Position numbers and translations under genes: made by a program
The notes under the pieces: model-generated
The model's database searches: none
Seen by the model: only the letters and a program-made list of their open reading frames with translations
Told to the model about the DNA's origin: nothing
Assembly (NCBI GenBank): GCA_021848725.1
Contig: JAJZTS010000027.1
Span: forward strand, 1-24,000
Source of the DNA: Pseudomonadota bacterium
GTDB lineage: Bacteria; Pseudomonadota; Gammaproteobacteria; Burkholderiales; Thiobacillaceae
Direction of reading: 5' to 3'
Length of the DNA: 24,000 nucleotides
Part shown: positions 19,100 to 24,000 of the stretch, piece by piece
Layout of the letters: each line of letters starts with the position of its first letter
Position numbering within the stretch: position 1 is the first letter of the stretch

Positions 19100-20002
19100 A
19101 TGCCCGATCTGAAGTCGATGGTGCGGCTGCGCGAGTCCGACATCGTGATCGGTAAGCCGATGGCCTGGGCGGCCTACGACTCGCAGGGCCGGCTGCTGCT
19201 CAATCGCGGGGTCATGGTGCGCGACATCAATCAGGTGCGTGGCCTGATCCAGCGCGGCCTGTTCCGCGAGAGTGTCGAGCGCGAGCGCGGCGAAGCGCCC
19301 GAGGTGGTGGAGGACGAATCGCGTAAGCCGGCGACGCAGCTATTGCCGTTCGAAAACCTGAAGTTGGTGCCCGGCGAGGCGATGCAAGTGCAGCACTTGG
19401 CGGCGACAACCAAGGAAACCTATAACGTCCGGCTGCTGGGCTATGCCAAGGGCCGGAGCGTCATGACCACCTTGCCCGAGGCGGGCGGCAAATTGATGCA
19501 TGTCACCGATGGCCAGATCTTCGCCGTGCGCGCCTTTTCCGGTTTGGTCATCGGCACCTTCAGCGCCAAGGTGCTGAAGGTGCAGCACAGCCCCTACCCT
19601 TATATGCACTTAGCCTACCCGGCCAATGGTGTCCAGACCATGCGCCTGCGCAAGGCGATGCGCGCGACCGTCGATCTGGAAACCGCCGTGTTCGACAAGG
19701 AAGGCGGCAATATCGTGGCTACCGGCATCATCGACGACATCAGCGTCGGCGGTGCGCGCATGCTGATTTCCAAGCCGGTCGGCCGCAAGGGCCAGATCAT
19801 CAATATCGGCTTCAAGGTGCAGCTCGGCGAGATCGAGGAGTGGCTGAAGACCACCGCGACCGTGCGCGCCGTGCAGGCGGAAACCGGCGACGATGGCATG
19901 CCGCGCAACACCTACGGCCTGCAATTCGAGAACCTGAGCCGCGAGCAACACCTGCTGATCATGAACCTGGTCTACAAGCTGACCTACAAGGACACCCTCT
20001 GA
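19100..20002 (+). CDS. PilZ-domain c-di-GMP receptor, YcgR-like (putative flagellar brake)
   Basis: 300 aa. C-terminal PilZ motifs RLRKAMR (contains RxxxR) and DDISVGG (DxSxxG) lie about 25 aa apart, following an N-terminal beta-rich region of about 170 aa. RBS AAGGGGA upstream. Confidence 0.8.
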   Translation: MPDLKSMVRLRESDIVIGKPMAWAAYDSQGRLLLNRGVMVRDINQVRGLIQRGLFRESVERERGEAPEVVEDESRKPATQLLPFENLKLVPGEAMQVQHLAATTKETYNVRLLGYAKGRSVMTTLPEAGGKLMHVTDGQIFAVRAFSGLVIGTFSAKVLKVQHSPYPYMHLAYPANGVQTMRLRKAMRATVDLETAVFDKEGGNIVATGIIDDISVGGARMLISKPVGRKGQIINIGFKVQLGEIEEWLKTTATVRAVQAETGDDGMPRNTYGLQFENLSREQHLLIMNLVYKLTYKDTL

Positions 20003-20796
20003 TGCGGCAATACCTCGATCTGCTGCAGCACGTGCTCGACCACGGCGTCGAAAAATCCGACCGCACCGGCACCGGCACCGTCTCGGTGTTCGGCCACCAG
20101 ATGCGCTTCGACCTGGGCCAGGGCTTTCCGCTGCTGACCACCAAGAAGGTGCACATCAAGTCCATCGTCCACGAGCTGCTGTGGTTTTTGCAGGGCGATA
20201 CCAACATCAAATACCTGAAGGACAACGGCGTCAGCATCTGGGACGAATGGGCCGACGCCCAGGGCAACCTCGGCCCGGTCTACGGCTCGCAGTGGCGCTC
20301 GTGGCCGGCCGCCGACGGCCGCCACATCGACCAGATCGCGCAGGTGGTCGAGCAGATCAAGCACAACCCCGATTCCCGCCGCCTCATCGTCTCGGCCTGG
20401 AACGTCGGCGAGTTGGACAAGATGAAGCTGCCGCCCTGCCACGCCTTCTTCCAGTTCTATGTGGCGAATGGCAAGTTGTCTTGCCAGTTGTATCAGCGCA
20501 GCGCCGACATCTTCCTCGGCGTGCCGTTCAACATCGCCAGCTATGCCTTGCTGACCATGATGATGGCCCAGGTCTGCGGCTTGCAGCCGGGCGACTTCGT
20601 GCACACCTTGGGCGACGCCCACATCTATCTCAACCACATGGAGCAGGTGAACACGCAACTCGCGCGCGAACCTCGCCACTTGCCGCAAATGCGCCTGAAC
20701 CCCGCGGTGAGCGATATCTTCGGTTTCAAGTACGAAGACTTCACCCTGGAGAACTACGACCCGCACCCGGGCATCAAGGCGCCGGTGGCGGTCTGA
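20002..20796 (+). CDS. thyA: thymidylate synthase ThyA
   Basis: [26 protein letters not shown]... with the active-site region [12 protein letters not shown]. 264 aa. The track ORF has a 54-aa spurious extension. ATG 20002 shares one base with the upstream TGA (TGATG). Confidence 0.97.
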   Translation: MRQYLDLLQHVLDHGVEKSDRTGTGTVSVFGHQMRFDLGQGFPLLTTKKVHIKSIVHELLWFLQGDTNIKYLKDNGVSIWDEWADAQGNLGPVYGSQWRSWPAADGRHIDQIAQVVEQIKHNPDSRRLIVSAWNVGELDKMKLPPCHAFFQFYVANGKLSCQLYQRSADIFLGVPFNIASYALLTMMMAQVCGLQPGDFVHTLGDAHIYLNHMEQVNTQLAREPRHLPQMRLNPAVSDIFGFKYEDFTLENYDPHPGIKAPVAV

Positions 20797-20797
20797 T

Positions 20798-21283
20798 ATG
20801 GCGGCGCGCATCAACGTCATCGCCGCCATGGCGAAAAACCGCACCATCGGCATCAAGAACACCCTGCCCTGGCACCTGCCGGAAGACCTCAAGCACTTCA
20901 AGGCGCTGACCATGGGCCACCACATCGTCATGGGCCGCAAGACCTATGAGTCCATCGGCCGGCCGCTGCCGGGGCGCACCACGGTCATCGTCACCCGCGA
21001 TCCGAACTACCGGGTCGAGGGCTGCCTCACCGCTCATTCCATCGACGCCGCCATTCAAGCCTGCGGCGACGACCCTGAGGTGTTCTTCGTCGGCGGCGCC
21101 GATCTATATAGCCAGGTGCTGGCGCGGGCCGACCGGCTGTACCTGACCGAGATTCAGCAGGAATACGCAGGCGATGCCCACTTTCCCGCCTTCGACAAAC
21201 AGAGCTGGCGCGAGACCGCGCGCGATGCCCAGGTCAGCGCGGCCGGCCTGGCCTATCACTTCGTCACCTACGACCGGGCCTAA
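20798..21283 (+). CDS. folA: dihydrofolate reductase FolA
   Basis: 161 aa: VIAAMAKNRTIGIKNTLPWHLPEDLKHFKALTMGHHIVMGRKTYESIGRPLPGR. The start is 1 nt after the thyA stop. Confidence 0.96.
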   Translation: MAARINVIAAMAKNRTIGIKNTLPWHLPEDLKHFKALTMGHHIVMGRKTYESIGRPLPGRTTVIVTRDPNYRVEGCLTAHSIDAAIQACGDDPEVFFVGGADLYSQVLARADRLYLTEIQQEYAGDAHFPAFDKQSWRETARDAQVSAAGLAYHFVTYDRA

Positions 21284-21359
21284 TTCGGCGATGCGTATAA
21301 AGCTGGCAGCGGGGCCATGTGTGCCCGCTGATGCACCGTGCAATGCAAGCTCGGATGAG

Positions 21360-21382
21360 CCCCTCTCCCTCCGGGAGAGGGG
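21360..21382. repeat. REP-like GC-rich perfect hairpin (10-bp stem, 3-nt loop) followed by a G-rich tail
   Basis: cccctctccc-tcc-gggagagggg, followed by tgggggtgagggg. It resembles the dispersed intergenic palindromes of GC-rich proteobacteria that yield spurious PLSLRERGGGEG-type translations. Only one copy occurs in this window. Confidence 0.5.
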
Positions 21383-21434
21383 TGGGGGTGAGGGGCGGCG
21401 CAGGGTTACGGAGTTTGGCTGGTGGTCCTTCATC

Positions 21435-22436
21435 ATGAAAAAAAACGCTGCGTTGCTTTTATTGTTGGCCGCGCTACCCGCCGCCGCCATCGCGGCCGAA
21501 CCCCGCGTCATCGAGAACGCGCTCGGCATGAAATTCGTCCGCATCCCGGCCGGCGAATTCCTGATGGGCAGCGACGAATCGTCCGAGGCCTTGGCGAAGG
21601 CCTATCCGCAATACGATGCCGCCCGCTTTCGGCAGCTCGGCGACGAGGCGCCGGTGCACAAGGTGCGCATCACCCGGCCGTTCTACCTGGGCCAGTATGA
21701 GGTCACCGTCGGCCAATTCCGCCGCTTCCTGCAAGCCTCCGGCTACGTGCCCGAATCGGTGGCCGACGGCACCGGCGGCTATGGCTACAACCCCGAATAC
21801 GACCCGGCCAAATCCGAACGCGGCGACGCCTTCGACGGGCGCAAGCCGCAATACTCCTGGCGCAAGCCCGGTTTCGCCCAAGGCGACGACCACCCGGTGG
21901 TCAACGTCACCTGGCACGACGCCGTGGCCCTGGCCCGGTGGTTGAGCAAAAAAGAAGGCAAGCGCTACCGCCTGCCGACCGAGGCCGAGTGGGAATATGC
22001 CTGCCGTGCTGGCAGCCGAACCCGCTATCACAGCGGCGACGATCCGCAGTCGCTATTGACGGTGGCCAACGTGTTCGACGCCGACGCCGCCACGAACTGG
22101 CAGCGCTGGCAGCAATACGCGCTAAGCGGCCACGACGGCCACCCCTTCACCGCCCCGGTCGGCCGCTTCGCGCCCAACGCCTTCGGCCTGTACGACATGC
22201 ACGGCAACGCCTGGGAATGGACGGCCGACTACCACGACGACAACTACTACGCGCAGTCGCCGACCGACGACCCCCAAGGCCCCGTCACCGGCAGCGTCCG
22301 CGTGCGCCGCGGCGGCTCGTGGCACACCTGGGCCTTCTATGCGCGCTGTGCGTATCGCAACTGGAATACGCCGGAGACGCGCTATACGCTGGTGGGGATG
22401 CGCTTGGTGCGGGAAGCTAATGTGGAGGGGCGTTGA
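21435..22436 (+). CDS. secreted formylglycine-generating enzyme (FGE/SUMF1) family protein
   Basis: Signal peptide MKKNAALLLLLAALPAAAIAAEP, then FGE-sulfatase-type motifs (FLMGS, HPVVNVTWHDAVALARWLS, YRLPTEAEWEYACRAG, NAFGLYDMHGNAWEW, RRGGSW). The track ORF starts at 21174. Start moved to ATG 21435. Confidence 0.85.
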   Translation: MKKNAALLLLLAALPAAAIAAEPRVIENALGMKFVRIPAGEFLMGSDESSEALAKAYPQYDAARFRQLGDEAPVHKVRITRPFYLGQYEVTVGQFRRFLQASGYVPESVADGTGGYGYNPEYDPAKSERGDAFDGRKPQYSWRKPGFAQGDDHPVVNVTWHDAVALARWLSKKEGKRYRLPTEAEWEYACRAGSRTRYHSGDDPQSLLTVANVFDADAATNWQRWQQYALSGHDGHPFTAPVGRFAPNAFGLYDMHGNAWEWTADYHDDNYYAQSPTDDPQGPVTGSVRVRRGGSWHTWAFYARCAYRNWNTPETRYTLVGMRLVREANVEGR

Positions 22437-22561
22437 ACGGCAGGAATTCGGCCTTACCGGCCCGTTGGTTATCCTTGACCTGTTCGTCAGCACTATAACG
22501 ATAAGCTGACCTTGGGTCACGCCTTCTGCGTCGGTTACTCAAAGTCATGATTCGTACTTTC

Positions 22562-22828
22562 TCAACTGTTGAACGTATATTCCTTCCAAGGAATTTGAGA
22601 TATGTGAATGTTGGACAAGAAATTGACGATATCTTTTCTACCCCAGTAGGTAGGGACGCCTCGGCTATCTTGCGCCATAAGAATTAAAGGCATGCCAGGG
22701 AAATATGGCCGAAATGCCTGCGCTGCTGCTTGCGCACCCGATTGAGACTGGAGAACGTGTTGTTTGATGATGACGACGGCAAACGTAACACCTTGCTCTT
22801 TGATTACTGCACCCTGAATTCTTTGCAT
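22562..22828 (-). CDS. hypothetical 88-aa protein (unrecognised family)
   Basis: The track ORF 22562-22846 begins at a TTG. The first ATG (22828) is preceded by GAGGGA with a 6-nt spacer. Product: MQRIQGAVIKEQGVTFAVVIIKQHVLQSQSGAQAAAQAFRPYFPGMPLILMAQDSRGVPTYWGRKDIVNFLSNIHISQIPWKEYTFNS. Confidence 0.6.
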   Translation of the reverse strand: MQRIQGAVIKEQGVTFAVVIIKQHVLQSQSGAQAAAQAFRPYFPGMPLILMAQDSRGVPTYWGRKDIVNFLSNIHISQIPWKEYTFNS

Positions 22829-22874
22829 TTCCGTTCCCTCTTTCAATGATTAAATTTATTCTATGCACTTCATA

Positions 22875-23162
22875 TCAAAGACTCAGTAATCGATTTCGGT
22901 CCTTGAGATAGTTTCTGATCGCCAGCATTAGAGACGCACCCAATGCACCCCAGGCAGCCTTTTCAAAGCTCCCAAGCAATGCCTCTCGCACGGGATTGGT
23001 TAGAGGGGCGAGCATTCCATGAAACTGGATACCGTCTACCAGGTAGATGCCCCACATCGAGATTGCGATAAAAGATATCGCACCAAAGATAAGGGTTGCT
23101 TGCACTCGCCTTGAGTACGCGAGGATCATGAGAAACTCTTCAAGCATCCCTAGCATGATCAA
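22875..23162 (-). CDS. hypothetical small membrane protein (about 2 TM segments, basic C-terminus)
   Basis: The 95-aa track ORF starts at a TTG (23162) that overlaps the upstream stop. Alternative ATG starts are at 23156 and 23147. Hydrophobic segments ATLIFGAISFIAISMWGIYLV and AAWGALGASLMLAI, with the tail KDRNRLLSL. Confidence 0.55.
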   Translation of the reverse strand: MIMLGMLEEFLMILAYSRRVQATLIFGAISFIAISMWGIYLVDGIQFHGMLAPLTNPVREALLGSFEKAAWGALGASLMLAIRNYLKDRNRLLSL

Positions 23163-23380
23163 CTCGCTACCGCTTCACGTGCGGCCTGCACCGCTTTATC
23201 GGTTCCCTCGAAATCAACCGAAGCGAGAGTTCCGTCTGGCTTGTGGTTGAAACGTATACGCACCCCGCCATGTGGTAAGGCGGCACGCCGTGCGAGTTCC
23301 GTGATTTTCTTTTCCGCCGCAGCCGTGGCCATCTTGATCAAGTCATGCTTACTAGGAATTTTGATGTCCATTTTGATCAT
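23159..23380 (-). CDS. hypothetical 73-aa soluble protein (unrecognised family)
   Basis: ATG 23380 overlaps the upstream stop as ATGA and is preceded by GAAGGA. Product: MIKMDIKIPSKHDLIKMATAAAEKKITELARRAALPHGGVRIRFNHKPDGTLASVDFEGTDKAVQAAREAVAS. Confidence 0.55.
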   Translation of the reverse strand: MIKMDIKIPSKHDLIKMATAAAEKKITELARRAALPHGGVRIRFNHKPDGTLASVDFEGTDKAVQAAREAVAS

Positions 23381-23610
23381 TTCTCATCCTTCGGTGGACA
23401 GGGGTCATGGCCATAAGAATCTCGCGCTCGAATTTGGCCATCGCGACCATGGATCAACAACTCGCCCTGGCCCTGACGCGCCATTTCACGGCCTGCATCT
23501 ATCGCTTCAGCCTGCGTATCGTGCAAACTGCTGACCCGTTCACCCCCTTCTCGCAGGGCGCCCCACTGGTCACCCCGTTGAACGATATGAATGTTGTTTC
23601 GGTTTGCCAT
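23377..23610 (-). CDS. DUF2188-like small protein
   Basis: 77 aa. IHIVQRGDQWGALREGGERVSSLHDTQAEAIDAGREMARQGQGELLIHGRDGQIRARDSYGHDP matches my recollection of the DUF2188 pattern (H..DGW......R.......Q.EAI..A........ELLIH..DG.IR..DSYG.DP). RBS AAGGAA lies 5 nt upstream of the ATG. Confidence 0.7.
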   Translation of the reverse strand: MANRNNIHIVQRGDQWGALREGGERVSSLHDTQAEAIDAGREMARQGQGELLIHGRDGQIRARDSYGHDPCPPKDEK

Positions 23611-23624
23611 TGCTATTCCTTTCT

Positions 23625-23993
23625 TTAAAGCGTTCCGACTAAAGGCAACGATTTCGGGGATCCTGCATCAACCAGCAAGTGAATAAAGTAAGCCGCCGAG
23701 CCAACTAACATTACAAATCGCGCAATCTCACCAAACTCACTTTCAGGCTGCCACTGGTACACCTTGTAGGTAGCCACCCCGAGCATCCCGGCAAAGGCAA
23801 GGCTGTGGAAAAATTGTCGATGATTCGGATGAACAGCTGGCTCAAGCAGGTCTGGTAACTGGGTCAGCTGTCCGGCCAGCAAAGCCCCGGCCAACGGCTT
23901 TATTGATTGCTCTTGCCGTCCCGCTTCTTGGCAAAAGCAATATGAGCCAACAGCAGCTGCAGCGATCAAACGATGGGTTTGTGCGCACGCCAT
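23625..23993 (-). CDS. DUF457/YdjM-like small membrane protein (putative membrane-bound metal-dependent hydrolase family)
   Basis: 122 aa. N-terminal THRLIAAAAVG, central LPDLLEPAVHPNHRQFFHS and hydrophobic helices (LAFAGMLGVATY, FVMLVGSAAYFIHLLV). Only 7 nt of upstream sequence are in the window and they contain no in-frame stop, so the true start could lie further upstream. Confidence 0.55.
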   Translation of the reverse strand: MACAQTHRLIAAAAVGSYCFCQEAGRQEQSIKPLAGALLAGQLTQLPDLLEPAVHPNHRQFFHSLAFAGMLGVATYKVYQWQPESEFGEIARFVMLVGSAAYFIHLLVDAGSPKSLPLVGTL

Positions 23994-24000
23994 AGCAATC

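Larger units (their letters stand above)
22437..24000. other. AT-richer, probably horizontally acquired segment carrying five small minus-strand ORFs (right boundary outside the window)
   Basis: Hand counts of 60-nt lines give 48/60 G+C for the line starting 22261 (core) and 22/60 for the line starting 22561. The switch coincides with the FGE gene stop. No integrase, tRNA or flanking repeat is visible. Confidence 0.65.

Noticed and set aside
19984-20940. 318-aa minus-strand ORF opposite thyA/folA, and similar antisense or alternative-frame ORFs at 4260-5339 (fliF), 9774-10895 (ccoG), 17696-18475 and 18228-19022
   Set aside because: These are the same GC-rich antisense or off-frame artefact. 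Each is wholly covered by a confidently identified gene or a better-supported ORF and has no domain signature.
22437-22561. Search of the island's left junction for a tRNA or tmRNA fragment, att-type direct repeat, or a bidirectional terminator between the convergent FGE gene and the 88-aa ORF
   Set aside because: I found only short 4-5-bp stems (GGCC-ttacc-GGCC, TGACC-ttg-GGTCA) and nothing tRNA-like. A repeat partner cannot be tested because the other island end is outside the window.
23047-23628. Plus-strand ORFs inside the AT-richer cassette (23047-23250, 23241-23534, 23407-23628) and a 47-codon plus-strand ORF from 22547
   Set aside because: All are antisense to the better-supported minus-strand ORFs, which have RBSs and coupled stop/start junctions. 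None has an RBS or any family resemblance.
1-24000. CRISPR arrays, tandem repeats, IS elements, integrases, and rRNA or tRNA genes
   Set aside because: Scanning both strands revealed no spaced direct repeats, no transposase- or integrase-like ORFs and no structured RNA gene signatures. Separately, the ORF track renders non-ATG starts as M (for example, the starts at 23162 and 22846 are TTG), so track start coordinates were not taken at face value.

Overview
This is a GC-rich proteobacterial chromosome segment. It is mostly ordinary core genes and ends in a short, AT-richer accessory segment.

Gene order:
(1) 1-1538 minus: methyl-accepting chemotaxis protein, with its C-terminus off the left edge.
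(2) 1690-8919 plus: polar-flagellum cluster fleS-fleR-fliE-fliF-fliG-fliH-fliI. It is syntenic with Pseudomonas fleSR-fliEFGHIJ and Vibrio flrBC-fliEFGHIJ, but this window has no fleQ/flrA upstream and no fliJ downstream.
(3) 8920-17026 minus: a complete cbb3 oxidase block, ccoI-ccoS-ccoN-ccoO-ccoQ-ccoP-ccoG-ccoH, plus a trailing 43-aa membrane ORF. Both ccoQ and the 43-aa ORF are too short for the ORF track and were found by hand.
(4) 17071-19038 plus: the N-degron transferases aat and bpt, followed by a translationally coupled 184-aa orphan with an internal repeat.
(5) 19100-21283 plus: a YcgR-like PilZ protein whose stop overlaps the thyA start, then folA.
(6) 21435-22436 plus: a secreted FGE/SUMF1-family protein.
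(7) 22437-24000: an abrupt GC drop and five tightly packed small minus-strand ORFs (one DUF457/YdjM-like, one DUF2188-like, three unrecognised), cut by the window edge.

Block 7 is the best candidate for an undescribed accessory system. Nothing in the sequence lets me assign a function, so it is a lead, not a discovery. I saw no rRNA, tRNA, CRISPR, transposase or integrase.

Many long ORFs in the track are off-frame or antisense artefacts of GC-rich DNA, and several track ORFs carry spurious N-terminal extensions. I re-assigned starts where an RBS, a stop/start overlap or a family-typical N-terminus supported it.
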